From Salmonella phage PMBT28, in the sequence record MG641885.1: a stretch of 32,000 bases of DNA; one strand, 5' to 3'. Below are positions 1-10,010 of this stretch, piece by piece. Each line of letters starts with the position of its first letter. Position 1 is the first letter of the stretch. Below the pieces are notes generated by a model. That model did no database searches, was not told the origin of the DNA, and worked only from the letters and a program-made list of their open reading frames with translations. A program made the translations under genes and the position numbers.

Positions 1-2316
1 TACGGCCCTGCTACTATGGTGCTAGATGAGTCCATGATTGTGTCGGACGTCGAGATAGTACCCGAGACCGCGTACAACCAGAAGGTGAACGTCATCACTG
101 GGACCTTTGTGGATAAAGGTCAGGACTACACCGAAGCCGACTTCCCATCTATCCGCATACAGGAGTGGATAGACGAAGACGGCAACGAGTTCGTGATGGA
201 CAAGAAGTATCGCTTTGTCGTGGATGAATGGCACGCCCAGCGCCTCGGACAAATCGTGCTGAACCGCTCCCGCCTCGGTCGTACGCTCAAGTTGACGGCG
301 AACTACATGGCCTATGCCATGCGCCCCGGCTATTACGTCAAGCTGACCATCGAGCCACTAGGTATCATCAATCAGGAGTTCCGCATCACATCGTGGGAGC
401 TGTCCGGCACGGAGGGTGTGGTGCTGTCCCTGCGTCAAGAGACCGTGTCCGTGTGGGATGACGCCATCGGCAAGCCGCTGGTGCGCCCAGATATCACGGT
501 ATTCCCACCACGTCAGGTCACACCGCCGTGGAACCTGCAGTATCAGGTGATGGAAATCGGCGAGGTGGTACAGGGTACGCTGACGTGGAACAACACCTCC
601 GACATCGCGTACAACAACGTCATCGTACGTAAAGATGGCAACATCGTGTACACCGTGCAGGTGCCCGGTACTCTGTGCCGTCTGAATGGGCTCAAACGTG
701 GCGAATACACCGTGGCCGTGGTAGCCGTCAACATGCGCGGCCAACGGTCAGCCGAGGCCACCATCGACATCGTCATCCGCGCCCCGGCCAAGCCAACCGG
801 GTGTGAGATTGAGCAGGGCTATTTCGCCGTCACGCTCAAGCCACGCTCCGCTGACCTGTCTAACGTGGCCGTGACCTACGATTTCTGGACCTCATACGAG
901 CAACGCCTACCGAATGCTGATACCGCCACTGTGGAGGCTGGGGCGAACCACGAGGGTCAGGGCACTATCTGGACCAAGAACCACTTGCTGAACGGCCACA
1001 CCTACTGGTGGTATGTCCGGGCGGTGAACGCGTTCGGGGCGTCCGACTTCCTCGAAGTAGAGGCCCTGTGTTTCACGGATATCGGCGAGCTGCTCCCGAT
1101 GATAGATGCCGAATTCCAGACGACCGACGCATATAAGAACCTCATGAAGCCGATAGAGATGAACTATCTGGCCATCCTAGAGGCTGCCCGTTCTGTTGGT
1201 GCCAACGTTGACCACCAGTGGGCCAACTACGGCGAGGTCCGTGCGGATGTCATCACCATCAAGACCACCATAGCAAACGACAAGATTGCCATGGCCGAGC
1301 TTGAGAATGTGGTGGTCGCCCACGGTCAGTACATCAACGAACTGACCGGGAAGTCCGAAGACCTGAGCGCGGCGGTGTCGCAGAAGATGACCTCCATCGT
1401 GACCAGCGAGGGCACGGCTAAAGCTGCGTACACCCTGAACCTCGGGATTAACCGTGGCGGCAAATACTACTCGTCCGGTATGGCCATGTCTATCGAACCG
1501 GACGGCTCGGGCTCGTACAAGTCAACCACGCTCTTTAAGGCTGACCGCTTCGGCATCTATAGCGCCAACACGCCGGGCAACTATAAGCTGGTCTTCGCCG
1601 TGGTCAACGGGCAGACGTTTATCGACGACGCCATGATTCGCAACGCGTCTATCGATACGGCCAAAATCAAAGTGGCCTCCATCACCTCGGCCCTCATCGC
1701 CCAGCAAATCCAGTCAGACAACTGGAACGGGTCCAACGTAGGCTGGATGATTAACAAGAACGGGAACGCCAACTTCTCCAACGTGACGGTGCGTGGGTCC
1801 ATCTTCGCCAACTACGGCGACCTCAACAACGTCATCATTCGTGAGAACTGCACCATCCTCGGGACCCTGTCAGCGGCCAACATCCGTGGCAACCTGTCGG
1901 ACCTCAAGGTCGTACAGTTAATTGGCTCGGGTGTGGAAAGCCAGAGCAACGAGGGCCACTGGGACACCTATGCGACCCTGCTCCCGGACCCGGACATCGA
2001 GCGTACGCTCCTTGTCCAGATTCCGATGCTGGCGCATGGCTTCTATAACGTAGGTAACAACCACGACACCAGCGGCAGCGCTTCTATCTGGATGCGCCTC
2101 TACGTGAACGGCACGCGGGTCCGCACACTGGACATTGACTCGGGGAGCAGCACAGTGTCGTCCATGCTGACCTACTCTATGAACGTGCCGCGCAACACAC
2201 AGGTGCAGCTACGCTTCGAGTTCTATCGTTGGATGTATGGGGGTAGCGGTGCATGGGCTCGTGTGGAGCCAGTCACCCTACTGAGTACGGCTCGCGTCAA
2301 CACTAAATGGCAATGA
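1..2316 (+). CDS. Phage tail tip/central fibre-like protein with fibronectin type III-like repeats, 5' end outside the window
   Basis: Frame is open from base 1 in phase with the ATG at 16, so the gene probably begins upstream. Text such as PPWNLQYQVMEIGEVVQGTLTWNN...YTVAVVAVNMRGQRS and YDFWTSYEQRLPNADTA...YWWYVRAVNAFGAS is FnIII-like. Followed by tail genes. Confidence 0.7.
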   Translation, partial: YGPATMVLDESMIVSDVEIVPETAYNQKVNVITGTFVDKGQDYTEADFPSIRIQEWIDEDGNEFVMDKKYRFVVDEWHAQRLGQIVLNRSRLGRTLKLTANYMAYAMRPGYYVKLTIEPLGIINQEFRITSWELSGTEGVVLSLRQETVSVWDDAIGKPLVRPDITVFPPRQVTPPWNLQYQVMEIGEVVQGTLTWNNTSDIAYNNVIVRKDGNIVYTVQVPGTLCRLNGLKRGEYTVAVVAVNMRGQRSAEATIDIVIRAPAKPTGCEIEQGYFAVTLKPRSADLSNVAVTYDFWTSYEQRLPNADTATVEAGANHEGQGTIWTKNHLLNGHTYWWYVRAVNAFGASDFLEVEALCFTDIGELLPMIDAEFQTTDAYKNLMKPIEMNYLAILEAARSVGANVDHQWANYGEVRADVITIKTTIANDKIAMAELENVVVAHGQYINELTGKSEDLSAAVSQKMTSIVTSEGTAKAAYTLNLGINRGGKYYSSGMAMSIEPDGSGSYKSTTLFKADRFGIYSANTPGNYKLVFAVVNGQTFIDDAMIRNASIDTAKIKVASITSALIAQQIQSDNWNGSNVGWMINKNGNANFSNVTVRGSIFANYGDLNNVIIRENCTILGTLSAANIRGNLSDLKVVQLIGSGVESQSNEGHWDTYATLLPDPDIERTLLVQIPMLAHGFYNVGNNHDTSGSASIWMRLYVNGTRVRTLDIDSGSSTVSSMLTYSMNVPRNTQVQLRFEFYRWMYGGSGAWARVEPVTLLSTARVNTKWQ

Positions 2317-2325
2317 GGATAAAAC

Positions 2326-3108
2326 ATGGCCGCAGGTACTATCTTACTCACACAGAACAGTAAAAACGTTGGCGGGACGCAGACCCAGTTCCTGACTGAT
2401 ACCAAACCGGGCGACATCATCGCCGCCACGGTGGGTGGTGTCACCTATCTGGTGACGGTCGACGCCGTCCAGTCGGATACCGCCCTGACCATCATCAAGC
2501 CATATCTGGGCGAGACCACCGGGGGCCTGTCGTGGAATCCGCTCCCGGCCTCACTGATGTTCGAGGTCCCGGCCCAGATGTCGTACGATGTCCACTACCA
2601 GCTACGCGCGGCCATCTATGACAAGCTGAACTGGCAGAAGGTCTTCTCTTCGCCGGGCAACATCACGGTGCAACTGGCTGACGGCTCCGAGTTCACGGGC
2701 CCATCATGGAAAAAGCTCGTTGAACTGCTGGAAGAGGCGACCGGGGAAGACCCGGACCCCGGCCCGACGCAGGCATATGGGCTGTACCGTAAGCGTGCCC
2801 TGTCCGCTGCCGCCACGGTGACTCTGGACCTGTCCCTTGCCTCGCATTTTGACATCACGCTCAACAGCGCCACGTGTGCCCTGTCTATCTCAGGAGCCAC
2901 AACTCTGCTGGACACGGCGCAAGAGGTTGTGTTATCCTTGAAGCAGGGCACTGGCGCGAACCTCGTCACGTGGCCCGGCAACGTCAAATGGGCCAACGGT
3001 CTTAAGCCACCGCTGTCATACGTGCAGAACAAAATCGACATCGTGCAGCTTATATCGTACGACCGTGGGGCCACATGGCTCGGAATTCACGTCAACTCGG
3101 GGTACTAA
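2326..3108 (+). CDS. Putative tail/receptor-binding accessory protein
   Basis: 260-aa ORF between two tail genes; stop abuts the next ATG; beta-rich, repetitive C-terminal half. Confidence 0.6.
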   Translation: MAAGTILLTQNSKNVGGTQTQFLTDTKPGDIIAATVGGVTYLVTVDAVQSDTALTIIKPYLGETTGGLSWNPLPASLMFEVPAQMSYDVHYQLRAAIYDKLNWQKVFSSPGNITVQLADGSEFTGPSWKKLVELLEEATGEDPDPGPTQAYGLYRKRALSAAATVTLDLSLASHFDITLNSATCALSISGATTLLDTAQEVVLSLKQGTGANLVTWPGNVKWANGLKPPLSYVQNKIDIVQLISYDRGATWLGIHVNSGY

Positions 3109-6100
3109 ATGAGCATCCTATCTGGTAAATCGGGCGGCCTAGCGGCTGCCCTGTCGCTCGCCTACGGTCATCAGGACTTCATACGCCGCAACACGGGCGA
3201 CACGGTCGATGCGCAGGTACAGCACTACATCCAAAACAACCAAGGCGTGTTGGCCAACAACCGCCACTTCATCGCCCAGACGCGTGCCGAGTACCAGCCG
3301 AACGGCGACGCCACGACAGAGGGCCAGTCCCTCCACGTCATCGGCTACTGCCATATGTATCTGGCCACGCGTGACCCGGTGTTCCTCGATGCGGCCAAGA
3401 AAGCGTGGGACGCGTACGAGACCTACTACTACGCCGGGCAGTCGCGACCGACCACGCCACAACGCCGCATCTGCAACTGGCTGGTGAACGGGAAAGAGCC
3501 AGTGCTGGCCCACTACCCCATCAACGCGACCGAGCCGACCCACGGCGGGTTCAAGGGCGTTCCGCTGATGTTTATCAACGGACAGGCCAAAATCCCACAG
3601 GGCGCACCATACTGGGGTGAGTACCTCGATACCGCTAGCATTGCGTTCCGGGGCCACATGACGTGGGAGGCAATAAACGCCTCCGTGCAAAAGATTCAGG
3701 AGGACCTCGACGGCCAAATCGACTGGAACGCCGTGTACAACACCTACCGGGTGACTACCGCCGTCCCGGACCCGACCCTGTCCACTGCGTGGGTCCGCTG
3801 GGCCGACTACCTCGGTGATATGTACACCCCGGTGTGGTCAGGCAACAGCAAGGCCCCGGAGTACCCGGTCGACTGGATAATCGCATGGACCGGGAACAAG
3901 ATAGACGTGGATGCCGGGGATATCATCGGCACCGGGTTCGCGCAAGCCGACAAGGGTACTATCCAGCTCAAGGACACGAGCATCAACGGTGTTTACCTGT
4001 TCAACTATGCGACCCGCAACCCAGTGGCGCAGGGTGGCTATATGTTCGCCCGAAACGAGCCGTGGCATAACCGCCCAGTCCACACGCCGTTCATGGCCCT
4101 CAAGAATACCCCGCCAAGCTATAACCAGTTAGGTAATGCCGCCGATGCCGAGGTGTGGTATATCGACAGCTGCTACCTGCTGTGGCGCATCACGGGTGAT
4201 GCTAAGTACAAGCAGGCCCTCGACTGTGCGTTCTTCACAGCGCATGAATATACGTTCATCGACTCGACCGATAAATTCTTCCGTCAGAGCACAGCGGCAA
4301 ACACGCCGTTCACCGATGGTATCAGCTATGACTTCACCTATCCGTCAAGCGCGGTCATCGAGTACGGGCGCGATGCTAGTGGTTATATCACCATCGCCTC
4401 CGATGTTGGTTCACAGCACTTTATGGAGCAACAGTCCGTATGGTTCCGCGTGGATTCAAACTCAAAGCTACGGGCCACCTACGGCGGCGTCGGCAACAGT
4501 GGCGAGCTGGTCGGGTGCAAGGTCATGCTGGATGTCAGTCCGACCAAAGAGGAAGTGCCGAACCCGACATGGTATGGGCTGGCCCTGCCGAAGTCGTCCT
4601 CGCTGGCCCCGGTCGCCCGAGACGTGCCAATCACCTCGCTGGCCCTGATGACCAACCCGGCGACCAATGAGGACTACCTCGTGGCCGATGCCCGAGCCGT
4701 GACCGACTACGGCGGGTGCACGTGGACCGAGGCTTTCGAGAACAACGTGCTAGATGGCCGCTCTGCAACCGTCATTAATGCTACGTTCCCGGACGACGAC
4801 GCTGGCTTCGTTATTGGCTTCTGGCTGACCGGGCCCGAGAAGGTGCTGCCTACCAAAATAGTGTATAAGGCCGATAACGACTTTAACATGCGTCTACTCG
4901 ACGCGGACAACTGGCGCTGGTGGTGGATGCTCCCGGCAACGAATGGGCAGTGGGCGACCGTGACCTTTGACCCGGCCAACGCCACCCTGTCCGGGTATCA
5001 GCCTGACCACCCCGATGCTGGCAGCGAGACCGACCCCGAGCCGTCTACGCCGAACCTCGTGGCCGTGGACCAAATCACCATCCTGTTGGACGCCAACACG
5101 CCGAACAGCCACTTTAGCTATTACGTGGTAAACGACGTGCCGCCGCTGTTCAACATCCCGAACGGCTGGACCATGACGTACCGCATGATGCTGTCCTGCT
5201 CCGAGCCGTGGCAGGGTCGGGTCGGTGATTGCACTATGATTGACTACCGCCTCGACTCGCTGGCCTACACACCGGGCGTTATCCCCTTCTCGAACATCTA
5301 CTCCGAGGGGACCGAGCAGATTGGCGCGTGGCACGGTATGCCGTACCCCGGCTACCAGTACCCGTTCATGTACACCATCCATCAGGACAAGACCAAGTAC
5401 AAGTGGTGGCTCGATAACCAATGCAAGTTCTTGTTCGATAGCCAAGCGGCCTACTCGACCAAGATAGGCGAACTCGGCCCCGGCTGTGCCGCCTACATCT
5501 GGAACCGCTGGGATAACTACAAGTACGGTGAGCCCGACACGTGGACCAACTACCACTGGGGTGATGGCCATCCGTGGGCTGGATATCAGCCGCGTGCATT
5601 CAACGCCGCAGCACGGGCGTGGTATGAACTCAAGGTACGTGGTGAGACACCGCCAGATGGTCTGGTCCAGTACGTGAACAACTGGGCCTACTGGCTGCTC
5701 GTCTACTGGAATAAGTACGGCAGCACGCCGACCGACTTCCCGAGCACGTCGCCATCGGTCCCGGTCCCTAACGACTTCACGGGTCATATGTGTGGGCTCT
5801 GGCTGGCGGGCGCGGTGTTCGCACGCATGGCTGGGTCGGATGTGCCGGACCTCGACCTGTTCATCGAGGGATGTGTCAAGGAGCTATCCGACAACTTCAC
5901 GGTGACATCCATCCCCGGCAAGAACATCAACGGGGCATGGAGCCCAGCACCGAGGGAGTCGAGCGATAACGGCATGGCGTTCGGCTTCTACACGGGGGAG
6001 ATATTCAGGGGTCTGGGCATGTATATTTTGTACAAAACATATGGTCTCGACTATGACATTTACTCCGAAGTGGCCATTCCCGACCACACGACCGCCAGCC

Positions 6101-6111
6101 TGACCCAGTAA
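3109..6111 (+). CDS. Large tail-associated protein, possibly a host-range or glycan-interacting protein with helical toroid-like segments
   Basis: 1000-aa ORF directly after the tail genes; aromatic-rich repeated helical text (WADYLGDMYTPVW, WNRWDNYKYGEPDTWTNYHWGDGHPWAGYQPRAFNAAARAWYELK). Confidence 0.6.
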   Translation: MSILSGKSGGLAAALSLAYGHQDFIRRNTGDTVDAQVQHYIQNNQGVLANNRHFIAQTRAEYQPNGDATTEGQSLHVIGYCHMYLATRDPVFLDAAKKAWDAYETYYYAGQSRPTTPQRRICNWLVNGKEPVLAHYPINATEPTHGGFKGVPLMFINGQAKIPQGAPYWGEYLDTASIAFRGHMTWEAINASVQKIQEDLDGQIDWNAVYNTYRVTTAVPDPTLSTAWVRWADYLGDMYTPVWSGNSKAPEYPVDWIIAWTGNKIDVDAGDIIGTGFAQADKGTIQLKDTSINGVYLFNYATRNPVAQGGYMFARNEPWHNRPVHTPFMALKNTPPSYNQLGNAADAEVWYIDSCYLLWRITGDAKYKQALDCAFFTAHEYTFIDSTDKFFRQSTAANTPFTDGISYDFTYPSSAVIEYGRDASGYITIASDVGSQHFMEQQSVWFRVDSNSKLRATYGGVGNSGELVGCKVMLDVSPTKEEVPNPTWYGLALPKSSSLAPVARDVPITSLALMTNPATNEDYLVADARAVTDYGGCTWTEAFENNVLDGRSATVINATFPDDDAGFVIGFWLTGPEKVLPTKIVYKADNDFNMRLLDADNWRWWWMLPATNGQWATVTFDPANATLSGYQPDHPDAGSETDPEPSTPNLVAVDQITILLDANTPNSHFSYYVVNDVPPLFNIPNGWTMTYRMMLSCSEPWQGRVGDCTMIDYRLDSLAYTPGVIPFSNIYSEGTEQIGAWHGMPYPGYQYPFMYTIHQDKTKYKWWLDNQCKFLFDSQAAYSTKIGELGPGCAAYIWNRWDNYKYGEPDTWTNYHWGDGHPWAGYQPRAFNAAARAWYELKVRGETPPDGLVQYVNNWAYWLLVYWNKYGSTPTDFPSTSPSVPVPNDFTGHMCGLWLAGAVFARMAGSDVPDLDLFIEGCVKELSDNFTVTSIPGKNINGAWSPAPRESSDNGMAFGFYTGEIFRGLGMYILYKTYGLDYDIYSEVAIPDHTTASLTQ

Positions 6112-6144
6112 GGGGGTCGTCCGTTGAACGGCTGGTACTTTTCC

Positions 6145-6164
6145 GGGCCTCCGAGAGGGGGCCC
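6145..6164 (+). terminator. Stem-loop after the tail operon (GGGCCTCC-GAGA-GGGGGCCC)
   Basis: 8-bp stem with one G-U pair and a GAGA loop, 34 nt after the stop codon; no clear T-tract, so intrinsic termination is uncertain. Confidence 0.4.
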
Positions 6165-6223
6165 GCTACGTATATAGCTCCCGACCCCTCGAACGCCACG
6201 GAGAGGCTCCCGTTTGCTAAAGA
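6165..6223. repeat. Composite repeat element, copy 1 (gctacgtatatagc - 19 nt - acggagaggctcccgtttgctaaaga)
   Basis: Same 3' 26-mer and nearly the same 5' dyad at identical spacing as 28056-28114. Confidence 0.8.
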
Positions 6224-6320
6224 CGAGATACCGCCCCGCTTCACCAAAGACGGCGTTCTACCGTTCCCGTATCATACGCGAGAGGCCGAAAATTGTCGCC
6301 GGGCGACATATCTGATTTAA

Positions 6321-6500
6321 TGGAACGCTGGAACGATGGAACGGCACGGCACGAAGCCCCGGAGGACGCGGCACTGAGCGTTCCATTATACGTTCCATCA
6401 CCACCTCTCTGATGGAACGGTGGATAGATAGAACTTGCCGAGGGGCCCCCGGTGTCGCCGGGGGACAGGGAAGACCCCCTCCCGCGTGTGAAAGAGGGAC
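6321..6500. repeat. Iteron-like region 1: TGGAACGN x3 in tandem plus inverted and direct copies
   Basis: TGGAACGC TGGAACGA TGGAACGG at 6321-6344; CGTTCCA at 6379-6385 and 6391-6397; TGGAACG at 6413-6419; a strong hairpin CCCCCGG-TGTCG-CCGGGGG at 6446-6464. Confidence 0.7.
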
Positions 6501-6521
6501 TAGTGCCAAGAGCGGCGCCGT

Positions 6522-6529
6522 GGTATACT
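6522..6529 (+). promoter_or_regulatory. Extended -10 promoter candidate upstream of the primase gene (GGTATACT)
   Basis: GTGGTATACT 35 nt upstream of the start codon; no good -35 box. Confidence 0.4.
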
Positions 6530-6563
6530 ATGCGGTGAGATACAGAGATAACGAGGACCCAAC

Positions 6564-8120
6564 GTGGAAGAGAAGAACATATTACGCTTCGCGCAGCTAT
6601 TTCGCGGGAACGAACGCTCATTCGGTCAGTTCACGCCGAACGCGCCTAGCTCCCGGCACAGCATGACCGAGAAGGGTGCCTATACCATAGACCACTTCAT
6701 CAACCACCTCGACGGCAAGCGCGGCCTCGGGCTGGTGCCTATCATGGATGACGGGTTCTGTTGGTTCGGTGCCATCGATATCGACGCCCACGGAGACCAA
6801 CCCGACATCGACCTCATCGAGCTTGAGCGGCTGGTGCGGGAGCTGGACTATCCACTGACCGTGTGCCGCTCCAAATCGGGCGGTGCCCACCTCTACCTGT
6901 TCGGCAACGAGCCGCTCCGGGCGACCGTGGTGAGGAAGACGCTGGCTAAGTGGGCGGTACAGCTAGGGCACGGTGGGTGCGAGATATTCCCCAAGCAGGA
7001 TGTGCTGCCCATCGAGAAGGACACCGGGGAGCAACAGCTAGGCAACTGGCTGAACCTCGCGTGGTTCGATGCTGAGAACCCCGAGTGCCTACGCTATACC
7101 GTGGAGGGCGGCAAAAAGGTTGACTTCGACCACTTCCTCGATATCGCCGAGTCCCGCCGCATCACCCCGGCCATGCTAGTGGAGAAGGGCGACGGCGAGC
7201 ATCAGGAAGCGCCTCCGTGCATACAACGCATGATAGCCGATGGCGTGGGTAAGGGCCACCGCAACGAGGCCATGTACAACATGGTCATCTACCTCAAACA
7301 GGCTTTCCCGGAGACCTACCGTGACCGGGCGTTCGACATGAATGGGCGCATCTTCACCGAGCCCATGAGCCATGCGGAGGCCAAGAAGGTCATCAACAGC
7401 GCCGCCCGGCGCGACTACCGATATAAGTGCAAGGAAGAGCCCTGCAAGAGCCTGTGCCGCTCGTTCGAGTGCGTGACCCGTAAGTACGGTATCACCGCCG
7501 AGGAGAAAGGCGAGCTTGAGATGGGCAAGCCGCCAGCGTTCGGACCACTGGAAAAGTACCTGACCACCCCGGTGCGCTGGGTGCTATATGTGGACGACGT
7601 CAGGCTAAACCTGACCACGCAGCAACTGATGGACTTCAAGGCCATCCGTGAGGCCGTGGCCGACAACCTGACCCGCCTGATACCGCCCATGAAAAACGAC
7701 CGCTGGCAGGTGATACTGCACGGGCTCATGCAGGAGGCCAAGCTCATCGACGCGCCAGAGGAGGCCACACAGGAGGGGGCATTGTGGGGGCGTCTGCAGA
7801 ACTTCCTCGCCAAGACCGACCTCGAATCGGACGGCACAGACCCGGCAGACCGCGACGCGCTCGCGTACGGGACCCCGGTGGTGCAGGTCAAAGACGACAG
7901 GCGCGTGGTATACTTCCGTGGTCAGGACTTCCTCGACTATCTCAAGAAGAACCGCGCAGACGACATCAAAGGCTCGGCGGTGTGGGTCACGCTCAAGCAG
8001 CACGGGTGCGAGCATACCAAGCTCCGGGTCAATAAGATGCCCCTCAACGTATGGTACGTGGATATCGAGCAGCTGACACGTATCGAGATTAAAGCAAAAG
8101 AGATTAAGAGCGAGTTCTGA
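6564..8120 (+). CDS. Archaeo-eukaryotic-type primase/PrimPol, TOTE-like
   Basis: Text CWFGAIDIDAHGDQ...CRSKSGGAHLYLFG...GGCEIFPKQ...GNWLNLAWFD matches AEP primase motifs; GTG start at 6564 with acgagga upstream; followed by a helicase. Confidence 0.8.
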   Translation: MEEKNILRFAQLFRGNERSFGQFTPNAPSSRHSMTEKGAYTIDHFINHLDGKRGLGLVPIMDDGFCWFGAIDIDAHGDQPDIDLIELERLVRELDYPLTVCRSKSGGAHLYLFGNEPLRATVVRKTLAKWAVQLGHGGCEIFPKQDVLPIEKDTGEQQLGNWLNLAWFDAENPECLRYTVEGGKKVDFDHFLDIAESRRITPAMLVEKGDGEHQEAPPCIQRMIADGVGKGHRNEAMYNMVIYLKQAFPETYRDRAFDMNGRIFTEPMSHAEAKKVINSAARRDYRYKCKEEPCKSLCRSFECVTRKYGITAEEKGELEMGKPPAFGPLEKYLTTPVRWVLYVDDVRLNLTTQQLMDFKAIREAVADNLTRLIPPMKNDRWQVILHGLMQEAKLIDAPEEATQEGALWGRLQNFLAKTDLESDGTDPADRDALAYGTPVVQVKDDRRVVYFRGQDFLDYLKKNRADDIKGSAVWVTLKQHGCEHTKLRVNKMPLNVWYVDIEQLTRIEIKAKEIKSEF

Positions 8121-8121
8121 T

Positions 8122-9957
8122 ATGTGGGATTTTTCCGGCAAGCCGCGCCCCGGCGCGTACATGAAAGTGACGATGAACGACAACACCGGACGCATGCATA
8201 TTGAGGCGTCCATCTCCTATAACGACCTAATCCGGGCGTTCCCAAACCGTAAGTTCGAGAAGCGCCGCAGCATCTGGGTAGTGCCTATCATCCGCCGCAA
8301 CGCCGAGCACCTGCTCAACAACTGTAAAGGCAAGCCGGGCGTGACCATCGCCGAGGATGTCGAGGACCACTGCCGCCAGATTATTGAGTCGGCCACCATC
8401 ACCCGCCGCGAGGTGTTTCCTACGTGGTACGAGTTCAAAACAGACCCGTTCCCATTCCAGCGTGACGCGCTCGACTTCGCGTGGTCATCGCCGCTGGTGG
8501 CGTTCTTCATGGAGATGGGGACCGGGAAGTCCAAGACCCTCATCGATTTGGCGTGTGCCCGATTCAAGGCACGGCTCATCAACGCGCTGGTGGTGTACTG
8601 CCCGGTGCCCCTGCGCTCGAACTGGGTGGGGGAGCTAAACATCCACGCATCGGTGCCGTTCGAGCCGTTCGTGTGCGATACCACTATGTCCGGCTTCGAG
8701 AAGAAGTTCAAGCTATTCAATGAGGCTGATTTCGGCCAGAACAAGATGAAGGTCTTCATCGTAGGCATCGAGTCATTCAGTCAGGGCCTGAGCAAGGGCA
8801 AGGCGTTCGGGGCAACGCAGCAGTTCGTGCGATGTCATCAGGCCATGCAGTCGGTCGATGAAAGTCACAAGATTAAAGGCCACGATGCGTCACGCGCCAT
8901 CAACATCGAGGTGCTGGGGCGCGAGGCCAAGTATAAGGCCATCCTGTCCGGGTCGCCGATATCGCTCGGGCCGACCGACCTGTATCAGCAGTTCCAGTTC
9001 CTGTCCCCGGACATCATCGGGCTGGGGGACTACTACAGCTTCCAAGCTCGCTACTGCGAGAAGGGTGGTTTCCAGAACAAGCAGATACAGGGGTATCAGA
9101 ACATCGATGAACTGATGGAGATAGTGAAGCCGTTCGTGTTCCAAGTCAAGAAGGAAGACGTACTGACCGACCTCCCGGCCAAGATGTTTACCAAGGTCGA
9201 GGTCGAGCTGACCAAAGAGCAGAAGGACATCTACGCGCAAATCAAGAAGGAGCGCTGTGCGGACCTGTCCAAGCTCCTCGCCTCCCGCAACGGTGCCATC
9301 ACCGACTCATTCGTCGAACTGGTCTGCGAGAATGTGCTGGCGGCGTACACGGCCCTGCAGCAGATATGTGCCGGGTACGTGTCCTACTGGGAAGCGGACG
9401 ACGCGGAGAATCCAGAGGGTGGACGCCACCGCGAGCGGGTACGTATCATCGAGCCCGAGAAGAACCCGAAGATTGCCTATCTGATGGAGTTCATCGAGGA
9501 GAACCGTGGCCACCCGCTCATCATCTGGGCCAAGTTCCGTCCGGAGATAGCCGATATCGTCGAGGCGCTGACCGCTAAGTACGGCGAGGATATGGTATGC
9601 CAGTACCACGGCGGCCTCAACCCAGCAGAGCGTGACGAGCAAAAGGCCAAGTTCCTCGATACCGACGCCCAGTTCTTCGTATCGAACCAGCAGACCGGGG
9701 GCACGGGTCTGACCCTGAACAAGGCAAGCCGCACCTTCTATATGTCGAACAGCTTCATTCTGGTGGACCGTATGCAGTCCGAGGACCGCAACCACCGTAT
9801 CGGACAGAAGAACTCCGTCCTATATGCGGACGTGGTGGCCAAGGGTACGGTAGACGAGACCATCCTTAAGGCTATCCACGACAAGAAGGACCTCGCGGCC
9901 TACGTGCGGGATTGCATGGAGCGCTCCCCCGCAGAACTGTTGGCCCTGCTGGGCTAG
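8122..9957 (+). CDS. SNF2-like superfamily 2 DNA helicase
   Basis: Walker A MEMGTGKSKTLID, motif II VDESHKI, motif V/VI NQQTGGTGLTLNKASRTFYMSNSF...DRNHRIGQ. Confidence 0.9.
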   Translation: MWDFSGKPRPGAYMKVTMNDNTGRMHIEASISYNDLIRAFPNRKFEKRRSIWVVPIIRRNAEHLLNNCKGKPGVTIAEDVEDHCRQIIESATITRREVFPTWYEFKTDPFPFQRDALDFAWSSPLVAFFMEMGTGKSKTLIDLACARFKARLINALVVYCPVPLRSNWVGELNIHASVPFEPFVCDTTMSGFEKKFKLFNEADFGQNKMKVFIVGIESFSQGLSKGKAFGATQQFVRCHQAMQSVDESHKIKGHDASRAINIEVLGREAKYKAILSGSPISLGPTDLYQQFQFLSPDIIGLGDYYSFQARYCEKGGFQNKQIQGYQNIDELMEIVKPFVFQVKKEDVLTDLPAKMFTKVEVELTKEQKDIYAQIKKERCADLSKLLASRNGAITDSFVELVCENVLAAYTALQQICAGYVSYWEADDAENPEGGRHRERVRIIEPEKNPKIAYLMEFIEENRGHPLIIWAKFRPEIADIVEALTAKYGEDMVCQYHGGLNPAERDEQKAKFLDTDAQFFVSNQQTGGTGLTLNKASRTFYMSNSFILVDRMQSEDRNHRIGQKNSVLYADVVAKGTVDETILKAIHDKKDLAAYVRDCMERSPAELLALLG

Positions 9958-9983
9958 ACAACGAGGGCCCGGTGTGGTATACT
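9955..9983 (+). promoter_or_regulatory. Sigma70-like promoter TAGACA-17-TATACT
   Basis: Exact 17-bp spacer; 28 nt before the ATG at 10011. Confidence 0.6.
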
Positions 9984-10010
9984 GGGCCCCTATCACACAG
10001 GAGATACGAG

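Noticed and set aside
4894-5787. Minus-strand ORF of 297 aa opposite the large tail gene
   Set aside because: Antisense shadow in a GC-rich coding region; no promoter or RBS.
6241-6666. ORFs on both strands (6241..6621 minus and 6412..6666 plus) across the gap before the primase gene
   Set aside because: They cross the iteron array, the hairpin and the primase promoter; text is not protein-like.
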